Source of the DNA: Octopus vulgaris
Lineage: Eukaryota
DNA length: 64,000 nucleotides
Reading direction: 5' to 3'
NCBI GenBank assembly: GCA_951406725.2
Contig: OX597824.1
Coordinates: 97,774,001 to 97,838,000, forward strand
A program made the position numbers and the translations under genes. Below, in pieces: positions 40,475-54,568 of the stretch (the stretch's first letter is position 1; each line of letters begins with the position of its first letter). The notes under the pieces were generated by a model, which was not told the origin of the DNA, did not search any database, and worked only from the letters and a program-made list of their open reading frames with translations.

Positions 40475-40730
40475 TGTATGTATGTATGTATGTATGTATG
40501 TATGTATGTATGTATGTATGTATGTATGTATGTATGTATGCAAGTACGTATGTATGATGTATGTATGTATGTATGTATATATGTATGTATGTATGTATTT
40601 ATGTATGTATGTATGATGTATGTATGTATGTATGCAAGTACGTATGTATGATGTATGTATGTATGTATGTATGTATGTATGTATGTATGTATGTATGTAT
40701 GTATGTATGGATGGATGTATGCATGTATGT
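39654..40730. repeat. About 1.1-kb (TATG)n array with recurring variant blocks
   Basis: Block ca(a/c)gtacgtatgtatgatg recurs about ten times; gtgtgggtgtgtgggtgggtgt occurs twice. Confidence 0.97.
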
Positions 40731-41048
40731 GCTTACTAGACATATAATAACTAGATTAAGCGTTTTTTTCTCTCTTGCAAATCAGGCAACTTCCGGGCCC
40801 AACTCTATTTGGCGATCAACATGATTAATCTCCCTAACACTTGTGACATTTACTTGCATCTATCTCTTGTCTTATTAACTTGTTAACCTTCATTACAACA
40901 TAACCTTAATTATTTCATCTCCCGCCTGGAACTCTTAATTAATTTTGATAATGTATTTCTTCTGTCATCCCTTCCTCTCAGCTCATTGTTCAACCTCCAG
41001 CTTGTCGTACTCGAACTCACACACACACCTACACACATATGCACGCAT

Positions 41049-41080
<32 letters not shown>

Positions 41081-41217
41081 GTATTCTCTCTCTCTTTTAC
41101 ACACACAGAAACACAAACATACGCACACATACATTCGTATATATGTATATATCCATGCATACATACGTGTGTATGTATATGTGTATTTGTATGTATATCT
41201 ATCTATATCTCTCTCAC

Positions 41218-41292
<75 letters not shown>

Positions 41293-41347
41293 GAAATAAC
41301 GGTGGTGCATCAGCATGGCCGCAGCTCCGAGCTGAAACTAGAGGGAG

Positions 41348-41397
<50 letters not shown>

Positions 41398-41401
<4 letters not shown>

Positions 41402-41719
41402 ACAGAAAGAGGAATTTCGATTATTCTCAAGTGGTGAGTTGCAATATATATAAGACATTTTAGGAAAATGCACACATAGGTTTAATATAATTTTTAATAT
41501 ATCTTTTATTGTGTTTGTCGATCGGTTTCGCTTTCGCTATTCATGACATTAAATTTATTTAAATAGGCATTTCCTTAAGAAGAAATTTTGGGGTCCATGT
41601 CGTGTGTGAAATCTGAGTGAATAATTCAGCAAGTAGAAAAATCTAAGGGGAGGTAACTGGTTATCGTTATTGGTGTGGGCAGGGGAGATAACTGTTCAGC
41701 TTTCGGTAGGTGGGGTGGG

Positions 41720-41780
<61 letters not shown>

Positions 41781-42480
41781 AAAATTCGAAAACTAGATTA
41801 GTGGGGAGAAATATGTACAGTGATGGGTATGTAATCGTGAAATAAAATACGTAAAGAGATCAATGTTGGCTATGCATGCATATTTAGACGTGTTCTCTAT
41901 TTTTCGATCAAAATTTTCTATATTTAAACCTTCTTGTAAAGAAATTGTATCTTTGCACTGATAGAAGGGGAAAACTGTGAAATTTGGTTTGATGTTACCT
42001 GCACATTTCTCTCTGTGTTCACTTAAAGGAATTTGTCTGTATTGCAGGAACCTGATCTGCTCTTTATGTGGAGTGGTTCTCCGTCTCAATATCATACTCC
42101 TCTGTCCTATATAGTGATGTCCACAACCCGAGCAGGTTATTAGATAAATTAGGTTCTCAGAGGCACAAGTGAAATTGATTTTAATTGTGAACCTCTTTCC
42201 TTGTTTGAAAGGTAATCCGAGCTTTCAAGTAGGTTGAGGTATGCTCCACAGTTTGGGCGTCCACATTTTAACCGTTGGTTTTGTGGTTGTTGGGTAAAGC
42301 TTCGCATGTGTTAGAAGACTCTTTAGCGATTTGTGTTGCTTTTTGCATTTGATGAGTTTATGCGTTTGCAGGGTGTTGTTCATTTTTGGGTCTCTATTTA
42401 AATAAATTCTAATGATATGAAAAGCGAAAGTGAAACCAGTCGACAAATGCAATACAAGATATATTAAAAATTATATTAAA
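41398..42480 (-). mobile_element. Penelope-like element: GIY-YIG endonuclease remnant, 3' terminal repeat, and inverted terminal-repeat copy at the 5' truncation
   Basis: KCGRPNCG, then FTIKINFTCASENLIYLITCSGCGHHYIGQRSMILRRRTTPHKEQIR...PLSEH (GIY-YIG); about 88-bp inverted repeat at 41480-41567 and 42394-42480. Confidence 0.88.
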
Positions 42481-42739
42481 ACTGCAATAATAAATCTCTG
42501 AGCGAGGTCTAAACAGTAACTGCAACACATTGTGAAGTATTTTTGCCACTTAAATGTGGCTAACCCCTGAGGGTGGACGCTACTGTAGCTTGTAATCCCA
42601 GGAGGACACCTCCTCCAGTTGGCTATTGACACACTTTCTGTGCCCTATCAAAGGGAAGCCATCCTTCCCGTTTTCAACCTATGATACACACGGACTCGAG
42701 TTTCCAGGTACTGACCCGTCATCAGCGTGTGGCAATCAC

Positions 42740-43336
42740 GAGTTTTCGATGAAAAGTAGGCCAAAGAAGCTATTTGACCCGGACTACCTTCTTCCAACTG
42801 TTAAGCATGGAGGAGGATCTGTGATGATCTGGGGGGGCTGTATCTTGGAAATCCGCCGGTCCAATGGTTTCCCTTCATAGCAGAATTAATAGTCAAGACT
42901 ATTTAAGCATTTTATCTCATCAAATTCATCCTATGGTTGCGGAACTGTTTCCGGAGGGAAACGCAATCTTTCAGGGTAATAATGCACCGATTAACACAAC
43001 TAAAGTTGTAGCTGAATGGCACGAGGAATATTCTAGAGAAGTTGAACATTCTATTTGGCCACCATAGTTCCCAGATCTCAATATTATTGAACATTTATGG
43101 TGAATTTTAGAAAAAAAAAGGAAGGAGCCGATATCCTCCACCATCATCACTACAAGAACTGGAGACCGTTTTAGCTGAAGAATGGACAAAAATTCCTTTG
43201 GAAACAATTCAAACTTTGTACGAGTCCATAACCCGTAGAATTCAAGCTGTAATTACTGCCAAAGGCAGTCCTACTCCATGTTAAAATAAATTTATTTGAA
43301 CTTTTAAGGTGTTTCCATTATTTTGCCCAACCCCTG
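42740..43336 (+). mobile_element. Tc1-like transposon, 3' half with right TIR
   Basis: FDPDYLLPTVKHGGGSVMIWG, IFQGNNAP, WPP*FPDLNIIEHLW, LAEEWTKIP...RRIQAVITAKG; TIR aggtgtttccattattttgcccaacccctg followed by TA (43337-43338). Confidence 0.92.
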
Positions 43337-43376
<40 letters not shown>

Positions 43377-44017
43377 GACATACATACTTACATATATACA
43401 TACATACATACGTACATATATGTATGTCTGTGTGTATGCAATATCTAATATATACATATGAGTATGCACATGTATATACATATGGGTCCATACATATACG
43501 TGTGTATATATATATAAATGTATGTATATGTATGAATATATATATATACATACATACATACATACATACGTTCGTACATACATACATACATACATACGTA
43601 CATACATACGTACATACATACGTACATACGTACATACATACGTACATACATACGTACATACATACATACATACGTTCGTACATACATACATACATACATA
43701 CATACATACGTACATACATACGTACATACATACGTACATACATACGTACATACGTATATACACACCCTGTTATAGAACTGAATATTTAGATAAATATGAG
43801 AAGATGAGTTTAGTACGTAAAATACTTGACATTCCTCGAAAACAACTGGAGTTTCGCCTGGCGGCTGATCGCCATTGTCACCGGAATGAAGGGAAACTCA
43901 TTTCATTATTTTCCGAAGCTTACAAGGAACTAGTGGCTCCATAATTTTAGTCATCAACTTGAGTAGACTGCCATATTTAATATAAAGTGACAACACGTAC
44001 ACACACGGACACAGATG

Positions 44018-44218
<201 letters not shown>

Positions 44219-44481
44219 ACAGGCAGATAAGTATACATACCCATACTATTGGTGCATTTGACGATGCTGTGGAATACGTAATTGTCAAAAGTGACTCGCT
44301 ATCACGTACTTTGCAAATATAATTTGTAATTATAATTTTTAAGTGGAACAGTGAAAATCTACAAGACGTTCAGTAAGCGATGGAGGCTTTATTTCTTTGT
44401 TAGAAACAAGTCTTTTCGTTTTACGGAGAGAAGAATTACGAAAGAAAAAACAACACAGGGTTAACTCTGTCTCTCGTTTTA

Positions 44482-44539
<58 letters not shown>

Positions 44540-45343
44540 TGTGTGTATGTGTATTACTAATATGTAAGATCCTCCTGTCATTACGTATTCAATTTACACC
44601 CTCCCCCCCTTTCTGTTTCCATTTTACAATCAATACCGCCACCCGCCACACTCACGCAGTGACACCACCCACCACCACCCGCTCCACTCAGATCCATTGT
44701 AACCCTTTTCTCAGACTCCACTAGTACCACGTTGGTGACGTAAATCCCTGACATTCACTCCACAACACGACACTCCACAGCTGCCCACCCCCAACGCCGA
44801 CGTCGACTCTACTGTTACAGCCACGGCGACAATAAAATGTCTTCAACACACCCACAAGTGCACCACTTGAAACCGCGTTCCCTCGACCGCCAGTCGGTGT
44901 TGGGATCACAAGCTTTTGTTGTTTGGAACATATTTGTGTTTTTATTTATGTTTGGAGTTTTTATTTATTCCTTATAAGTCAGCAAATACAATAATCGTCA
45001 CAGAAATATAATTACGACTCGCTGTGGAGACTCACCCCCCACCCCTACCTCTCTCTCCCTTAATGTGTGTGTGCGCGCGCGCTTGTGTGTATAAGTACAT
45101 AGCTATGAACATATATATATATACAATATATGTATATAGCATATATAAATGCACACATATATACGTATATACACGCACATATATACATATATACACATGT
45201 ATATATACATATAAACATATATATCTATATATATATATATAATTATACATACACACACACACATATTTATGCACACACACATATACATATATTTGTTGGT
45301 TTGTGTATATACATAAATATGCGTATGTATGTACCTGAATATG

Positions 45344-45394
<51 letters not shown>

Positions 45395-45512
45395 ATGTAT
45401 ATACATATATCTTGCTACGTCTGTTTATATTCCCTAATCGCTCTTTTCTGCACTATCTCTCTCTCTTTCCTCTCTCCCTCTCCCCTCTCTCTCTCCCCTC
45501 TCTCTCACCCCC

Positions 45513-45673
<161 letters not shown>

Positions 45674-45674
45674 G

Positions 45675-45705
<31 letters not shown>

Positions 45706-46099
45706 GTCTATCTCTCTGTCTATCTATCTTTCTAGCCCTCTGCCCATCTCTCCACCTCTCTCTACACTGACACAGAGACAGTACAGAGGCCACAGACTTA
45801 TCCTTATCTTTCCGCCTCTCCTTCTGTCCCTTTAATCCTCCCCCTCTTTACCCTCTATTATCTCTTTTCCTCTCACTCACACCTCACCCTCAGTCACTCC
45901 CTTCTGTTCTCCTTAATTCCTTCTAACACCTTCTCTACCCTCCCTCTTCCCATTTCCCCCTTGTTTCTCATTCCAAACGTCATCTTCTAAGACGCAGAAC
46001 ACTTCATACAATTTCAAACCAGAAAGCAGCTGCAACGATAACAACAACAACAACGATGATAATAACAATAACAACAATAACAATAATAACAACAACAAC

Positions 46100-46183
<84 letters not shown>

Positions 46184-46202
46184 AATAACAAGAACAACAA
46201 TG

Positions 46203-46274
<72 letters not shown>

Positions 46275-46291
46275 TGAAAGAAGAAAAAAAT

Positions 46292-46340
<49 letters not shown>

Positions 46341-46450
46341 TAATAATAATAATAACAACAACAACAACAACAGATAAATAGATAAATATATAAGTAAATA
46401 AATAAATATATAAAGTGGCGTTCACTTCTGCCACTCGATCTCGGTTTTAC

Positions 46451-46540
46451 CTGTTTTGCAGTTCGGAGCAGATAATTATCTGCATATTTGCATAACTTAA
46501 TTGCTTCTCCTTTCTCTTGACTTGAAAACTTGTCCGCCAT
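46451..46540 (-). CDS. Possible first coding exon of an unidentified gene (MADKFSSQEKGEAIKLCKYADNYLLRTAKQ)
   Basis: aaaATGGCG start context, 30 open codons ending CAG|GTAAAA (phase-0 donor), non-repetitive island. No homology recognised and no downstream exon identified. Confidence 0.25.
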
Positions 46541-47882
46541 TTTAGACTCCTTATACACACACAAATACATGAATATACAAGCATATACATACATATCTAA
46601 ATGTATCTGTGTGTATATATATATATAAACATTCTTTTTGTCGCTTATATAATTTTTTCTTTTCCTTCATTCTTTCTCTTATTCTTGTCTCTTCCTTTCA
46701 GTCTTTTTTTTTTCCCCCTTTTCTCCTTCTTTTTTGTTCTTCTCCCTCAAAAATATTCTTAATCTGGATGTCTAACGACGATCGTCTGCTTTATTGAATT
46801 CGCCCTTCATACTAGATTGCTACTTATTTCACCGGTAACATTTTTCTATCGAACAATTTCGGACACGTCATTGTATTATCAGAAATAATGATGAAGATAG
46901 CAACAACAACAACAACAACTACTACTACTACTACTAATACTACTACTTCAAGAATATCTCCAAAAACAACGACGGGAACAACAATTTAAACGCGACATAA
47001 ACTCATGCAAATAATGTAATCTTTTATTGAATGGTCGGCTGTGGTTTCGAGAAGAATGAGATGAGGAGATTTGGGAGTCATATCACGTGACTATGGCAAA
47101 CGTGTTAATATTTTGGCTTCTTAAGCAGCTTAACAATTGTTCATCGACTTGTATTAACAAACATACATCAAAATTCCTACATCACATTGTTATGGCATCA
47201 AAAAGTAGGAGGAGGAGGAGGAGGAGGAGGAGAGGAGGAGAAGAAAAAGAAGAAGAAGAAGAAGAAGAAGAAGAAGAAGAAGAAGAAGAAGAAGAAGAAA
47301 AAGAGCAACAACAATAACAACAAACCCTCCGATGTCAACTCATGAGGTATAATTATTGCTAAAGGAAAAGTCTGCTGCCAGGAGGTTTGACTGAAGTTAT
47401 ATTGGTTGGAATGTGCCATGAGGCAATCCAGAGACTGCCTTCTGTGACGAAACATCAAAACAAGTAATAATGGTTATCCTGTTGACACATGATTAAAAGG
47501 TAAACAAAATTGTAGTTGGTTTCTCTTCTGATCCGATGGAAACCAATAACCAGCATCGTGTGAATTGTGTAAGAAAACCTACATGCAAACTTCCAGGAGA
47601 CGCCTCATGAAAGATTCATTTATTTCAATTCGATTTATTAGACCTTCCCTAGCAACATGACTAAGTCGCCTTATAACATAACTGAAACCGGTAGAATATT
47701 TTGATAAAAGTTTAAACCTTTTATTTCTTTGAACTTCGCAAAGCATTTTCTTTGTTTATTAATACAAATTTACCCGTGTGGTAACTTTTAACCTTTTCAG
47801 TGTGTGCATACACGTGCATAATACATACACACGCACACACACACACATACACATATATACATACATACATATATATATATAT

Positions 47883-47956
<74 letters not shown>

Positions 47957-48079
47957 ATGTATATTTATGGGTGTGCATATATAACTATCTACCTATTTAT
48001 ATAAATGTGTATGTATGTATGTATGACTGAAAGAAATCAGCTAGAGGATTTGATTTTGAGAATTTCCTGAAAGCCCCTC

Positions 48080-48400
48080 GTGCCAGTCACAGAAGTGGTG
48101 CAACAAACAATATGGTATGTCAAGAGTACACTCAATAATACCGAGAGAATGGCCTCGAAGGTTTGGTCACTTGGAACGCCTGGAGTTCAGTCGATTTCCA
48201 AAAGAGATAATGTATGGAATTTGCTAGACCATAGAAAACGCCTGCAATGAAGCCCTAGAAGTTCCTGGTTTTCTTTTGGAGCATCCTGAAGATCATAATG
48301 GAGATCAATACCTGGGGAAGTGATTTATCAAACAGGCGTCAGGGGAGAAGTTTGATTGAATGAAGAGCAGAAGATTTTGAGACCAAACGCATAGCAAGGT
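48080..48400 (+). mobile_element. Highly degenerate RTE-like LINE remnant
   Basis: ggtcac (GH), cgatttccaaaagagataatgtatgga (RFPKEIMYG) and a later W...R..R.L pattern fit the RTE C-terminal region. Confidence 0.45.
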
Positions 48401-48500
48401 TGATACGTGTTATACACATGTTCGGAACCGATTCTGATGTCTTGAATGTAAAAAGTACAAAACCGAATCTAATTTTAAATTATTTTACATATATGTCAGT

Positions 48501-48714
48501 AGGTGCAGGCATGGCTGTGTGGTAAGAAGCTTGCTTCACAACCACAAGTTTCTGGGTTCAGTTCCACTGCGTGGTACCTTGGGTAAGTGTCTTTTATTAT
48601 AGCCTCGGGCTGACCAAAGCCTTGTCAGTGGATTTGGTAGACGGGAACTGAAAGAAACCCATCGTATATCTATCTATCTATCTACCTATCTACCTATCTA
48701 TCTATCTCTCTCTC

Positions 48715-48748
<34 letters not shown>

Positions 48749-48976
48749 CATATATATATGAGTGTCAGCGTTTGTGTTTGTCCCCCACCACCACCACCAT
48801 TGCTTGACAACCGATGTTAGTATGTTTACGTCCCCGTAACTTAGTGGTTCAGCCAAAGAGACATATAGAATAATTACCAGGCTTACAAAGAATAAGTCCA
48901 AGGGCTGATTTATTCGACTAAAAGGCGGTGCTTCAGCATGGCCACGGTCAAAATAACTGAAACAAGTCAAAGAATA
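48501..48976 (+). mobile_element. SINE family B, near full length, with an internal microsatellite
   Basis: Head ggctgtgtggtaagaagc...gggttcagttcc, CORE-like accttgggtaagtgtc, internal (TATC)/(TA)n, tail ggcggtgcttcagcatggccac...actgaaacaagt. Confidence 0.88.
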
Positions 48977-49129
48977 ACTACAGGGTTTCGACCAAACTCT
49001 CAGCTGCTGTTATGCATCGCTGGTCACATTGCACTTCGCAATGCTTTAGCTTTCGAATGACGCCACCCGGCTCGGGTGGGCGAGGAGGTCAACATTCCTC
49101 GTTGTCAGAAGGCAAGTCCGTTGCAGGGT

Positions 49130-49268
49130 TGATAATTTACAGCCGAGTGGACTGGAACAGCGTGAAATCAAGTGTTTTGCTCATGAATAAAACGCAGCAG
49201 CCCAGTTTGGGAATCGAACCTGGATGAAAGAGCGATTATGAGTGCAATAGCTTGACCACCGGGTCACG
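49130..49268 (-). mobile_element. SINE family D (diverged)
   Basis: gcgtgaaatcaagtgttttgctca...gggaatcgaacc is the reverse complement of the 12065-type head. Confidence 0.7.
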
Positions 49269-49309
49269 AGGTTTCACATATTTGTATGTACGTAGATGTA
49301 TAAATATCT

Positions 49310-49712
<403 letters not shown>

Positions 49713-49749
49713 GCGCACACACACAGAGTTTTTCTATGAATATATATAT

Positions 49750-49835
<86 letters not shown>

Positions 49836-50440
49836 GGAGCTAGAGTGCGTGCTTGTTTTTTTTTTTCGTTAAATTTCAATTCCAAGCAAACCATTAATTA
49901 ACTGCTTTGAAGGATTTCAAATACTTCCGTTTAAAATCTTTGACACAAGTTGACATCAGAGATTACAGATAGCCAATGCCTGAAGGTGGCCTTGTGTGAA
50001 GCATCGCGGGACTGGTGGAGGTTGAGGCGTTGGAGGTGGTGGAGGTTACACATCTAAGATGTCGACTGTAAAACTAAGAACTTCTTGTGTGAAGAAGTTG
50101 TTCGGTCATTCAGAATTCCTGCAGTTCACCCGGTCGGGGCTCGGGCCTTCTTCCTTGCTCTCTATCGCATATCTCATTAGAAAATAATTAAATCGTTGTT
50201 CAAATACTTACTTCCGGTCGGAAATATTCCCCTCTCAATAGATAAACGCTCCCCCCCCCGCTCCACCATCTTTATCATCTCTATTTTACTTTCGTAATTT
50301 ACATTTCTTATCACCTGGTTATTTCCTCTTCCTCCTCCTTCAAATAATCTTTTACCCTTTTCCTTATTTCAGTCATTGGATTGCGGTCAGGCTGGAGCAA
50401 CGCATTCAGGGTTTTACTCGAACGAATCGACCTCGGTTTC

Positions 50441-50760
50441 TTTTACCCGCCTGCTTTGGGAAAAACACGAGTAAATTAAAAACATTCCGAAACGAACCCG
50501 ATTCCTATGATTTAAATTCTGCGATTGTTTTCGGCGAATTTTTTCACGATTTTTTACATGATTTGTCACATGATTGTTTACATGTTTTTTTTTGCATGAT
50601 TTTTTTACAAGATTTATTTTACATAATTCTTTACATGATTTTTTATATGATTTTTTGCATTGTTTTTTATATTATTTTAACATAATATTTTACATGATTT
50701 TTTGCATGATTTTTATATTATTTTTTACATGGTTTTTTACCTGATTTAACCTAGGTAAAA
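50441..50760 (+). mobile_element. Possible Helentron-derived non-autonomous element with an internal 12-13-bp tandem repeat
   Basis: Starts ttttacccgcctgc...acgagtaaa (subterminal inverted-repeat-like), then degenerate (ttttttacatga)n at 50540-50745; ends ggtaaaa. Confidence 0.35.
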
Positions 50761-50839
50761 ACAGAAGAGAATATGACCAAAGACTGCATGTACTCCACCC
50801 CATGCAGCTGTGGTAGGTTATGTGTGTGTGTGTACATTT

Positions 50840-51170
50840 GAGACGGCTTCCACGAAGTTTCCGTCTACCAAATTCACTCGCACGGTATTAACTGGTCCAG
50901 AGCTATAGTAGAAGGTGCTTACTCGAGGTGCCGCGTTGTGGGATTGAACCCGAAACCAAGTCATTGCTAAGCGAGCTTTTTAACCACACATCCAAACAAG
51001 GCCAGCAATTTAATGGATAGGGAGTGAGTAAGTCGATTATATCGACCCCGAAAGAATGAAAGGCAAAGTTCACCCCGGCATGATTCGAACTCAGAACCTA
51101 AAGAGTTGTAACTAAACGCCACCTAGCGGTCTACCCAACGCCCTAATGATTCTGTCTGTCCAGCAACCTT
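50840..51170 (-). mobile_element. Adjacent SINE family B and family A fragments
   Basis: gtttccgtctaccaaattcactc...gggattgaaccc (B) and gaatgaaaggcaaagtt...ttcgaactcagaac (A). Confidence 0.75.
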
Positions 51171-51494
51171 GTTGATAATATCTATGAATTGTTAGGAAAA
51201 GGCTAAATTGATCCCAGTTCTTGTTGATATTTGTTTTATCAACCCTGGGAGATAGAAATGCAGAGATAAAGCGAATGAGATTCGAACTTAAGAAATCTGA
51301 AATTCCTTTTGTCCAAAACTTAATACCTGGTGGTATTAAGTGATATTTCTTTAAGTTCCAAGTTCAAATCTCGGCTGTGCCAACTTTTTGCTGAGCTAGG
51401 GGCAGAGAGTCAATGGAATAAAGTACCAGTGATATCCTCGGAGAGGATTATACCTTCACCTCCAACATTTGAAACAAAACATTTCTCACAAACT

Positions 51495-51905
51495 AACGCA
51501 GAGAACTGGCAGAATCGTGAGCACGCCGGGCGAAAGGCTTAGCGACGTTTCTTTGTCTTTACGTTCTGAGTTCAAATTCTGCCGAGTCCAACTTCGCCTT
51601 TAATTCTTTCGGGGTCGATAAAATAAGTACCAATTATACACTGGGGTCAATGTAATCGACTCCCCTGAAATGGATGTCCTTCGGCCAACATTTGAAATCG
51701 TTTTTACAAACTAAGGCGGGGAGCTGGCCGAATCGTTAACAAACCAAGCAAAATGCTTCATGGAATTTCGTTTGTCTTTTCGTTCTGAGTTCAAATTCCA
51801 CCGAGGTCGACTTTACCGTTCATCCTCTCGGATGCAGTGGGGTCGATTTAATCAACTAGTCCCCTCCCCACAAAATTTCCGGCCTTGTACCAATAGCAGA
51901 AGGAG
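51495..51905 (+). mobile_element. Two tandem SINE family A copies
   Basis: Heads at about 51497 and 51713, each followed by cgttctgagttcaaattc. Confidence 0.85.
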
Positions 51906-52459
51906 TTAATCACTTCGCATTTTAAAATTTAACTTTTTCAATCAAAAAGGAAGAAAAATTTCGAAATTAATTAATATAACATCCGTCAAGCTCTGTTAAA
52001 CTTGGTGGAATTGAACCCCTCCTAGGCAGTGCATCGAGACAGTGTGTGTCGTATCTGGTTCCAATACGCTAATTTCTACGGGAGCAACTGTTCTTCAAAT
52101 CCCGGAATGTTACATTCCAAACTAAATTATATCTAAAGGACAAATTCTTTTCTTTCTTCTTTCCTTTTTAATTTAAAACGCCATTTAACTTTTAAAATGG
52201 AAAATCTATTCCTCCCCCCCCCCCCACATTCCATGTCAAAATTATGATAATTCTATTTGTTATAATGGAAGTGATGACAGACTGCAGAATCGGTTGAGCG
52301 GGGGGCTTGTAGCATGAAGCTACATCGCTTTCGTTTTACGATCTCAGTTCAACTTTACCGTTTATCCTCCTGGGGCTGATAAAATATGAGCACCAGTTAA
52401 GTACTAACTTTCCAGAAATAACAGCTAAATCTTACTCAAATCACACTCTGCTGTTGTTC

Positions 52460-52814
52460 GCAGGAGTGGCTGTGTGGTAAGAAGTTTGCTTCTAGGTTCA
52501 GTTCCACTGCGTGGCACCTTCGGCAAGTGCCTTCTACTATAGCCTCGGGCCAACCAAAGCCTTGTAAGCAGATTTGGTAGACGGAAACTGAAAGAAGCCC
52601 GTCGAGTGAATTGAACCACAGTACTTCTTTTTTAAGCCGGGTACTTATTCTATCGGCATCTTTTGTCGAATAGCTAAGTTATGGTGACGTAAACACACCA
52701 GTACCAGTTGTCAAGCGGACAAATACAGACACGAAGACACCTCCCCATGCAAACAAGCACACATACATACATACATACATACATACATACATACATACAT
52801 ACATACATACACAC

Positions 52815-52862
<48 letters not shown>

Positions 52863-53210
52863 CGGGCTTCAAAATCCACTCACAAGGCTTTGGTCGGCCC
52901 GAGGCTATAGTAGCAGACACTTACCCAAGATGCTACGCAGTGGGACTGAAACCGGAACCATGTGGCTGAGAAGGAAGCTTCTTGCCACACAGCCACGGTA
53001 TGCGTGTATGGCTATGCGTGTGTGTGTGTCTAAATGTCTGTGTTTGCCCCGCACCATCACTTGACGACCGATGTTGTAACTTAACAGTTTGGCAAAAGAG
53101 GTTCGATAGAAGAAGTATTAGGCTTAGAAAAAGTAACCTAGCACTGAGATCAATACGTTCGACTAAAATTCTGCAAGTGAGTGCTCCAGCATGGTCGCAG
53201 TCTCATAACA
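52460..53210. mobile_element. Nested SINE family B cluster: plus-strand head, minus-strand copy, plus-strand tail
   Basis: Plus head 52460-52605, minus copy about 52620-53000, plus tail about 53020-53210. Confidence 0.8.
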
Positions 53211-53934
53211 ATTAAAGGATAATAGATGAGATAGCGCAGTCCTATATACTTGTTCAAAGGCGAAATGGTCATGGCTGGAATGCTTTTGATCAATGAGTTT
53301 GCAACGATGAATTTAAGCTTGTATAAGTACCGTAGCAACGTAGGAGAATGAGGGAGTTTCTACGTAACACATGGCCTGCTAGACATGACAGCTAAATCCC
53401 CTACAATTCACTAGCGTCTTTAAAATAATGGAAGCGTTAGATAATGTGACTCTGGGTTTCCTGTACGCACGAGAGAGGATGGATGGTCATGATGTGGAAT
53501 GCCTTTGATCATAGGCTTGCTGGTACAGAGATGAGTTGGAGCTAAAACAACAACAACAACACCTTAGTAGGGATGTACAACAATAGGAAGAAGAATATTG
53601 CCAAGAGGTTTATTTGTTCCTGTAACATGTCAGCCGGAAGTGAGGCGTGAATTAACTGGGGATTTCTGGGAAAGTTTTATTACATAGTTGTCAATAAAGG
53701 ACTAATGAATGATGAGTGGTAGATGCAGACAGATACATACACATATATACACATATACACACACACACATGTATATATATCCACATAATTACGCACGCGC
53801 ACACACTCGCACATCCACAGACATACGTCTATTCACAGATGTACGTACACAGACACGGACATAGATATATACACACATATTCATACACACATACACCCGT
53901 ACACAACACATAACCATATATATATATGTATGTG

Positions 53935-53976
<42 letters not shown>

Positions 53977-53985
53977 TATATACAT

Positions 53986-54034
<49 letters not shown>

Positions 54035-54043
54035 GGCATAGCC

Positions 54044-54084
<41 letters not shown>

Positions 54085-54374
54085 CTGTATCGCTTCTACA
54101 CCACATGTTCACCGCCACCACCATCTCCACCATCATCATTCCTATCACTACAATCACAATAATCATTACTGCTGCTGAATCGGATTATGTCTCTGGTGGT
54201 GGTGGTGGTGGTGGTGGCATTATGTGAAAGTTCCTAAAAGTGGCAAGACTATATTAATAAATTTCCCAAAAGAGTGACCAGCCTTGGGGAAAGGGTGTTT
54301 AAGTGTCTTGTCCAGCAGAAAGAAAGAAAAACAACGATAGTAACCACATTTGTAGAAGCAACAGCAACAACCAC

Positions 54375-54536
54375 GTCATCGTCGTCGTCGTCGTCGTCGT
54401 CATCCTCCTCATCATCATCATCATCATCATCACCATCACCATCACCATCATCACCATCATCACCATCACCATTACCATCATCATCATCATTATCATCATC
54501 ACCATCACCATCACCATCACCATCACCATCACCATC

Positions 54537-54568
<32 letters not shown>

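Noticed and set aside
39654-40730. Regularly recurring block that could mimic a CRISPR array
   Set aside because: The intervening sequence is (TATG)n rather than unique spacers; the context is eukaryotic and there are no cas genes.
50765-50820. Peptide ENMTKDCMYSTPCSCGR resembling the start of a Penelope GIY-YIG domain
   Set aside because: Only about 17 codons; too short to list as a feature without a search.
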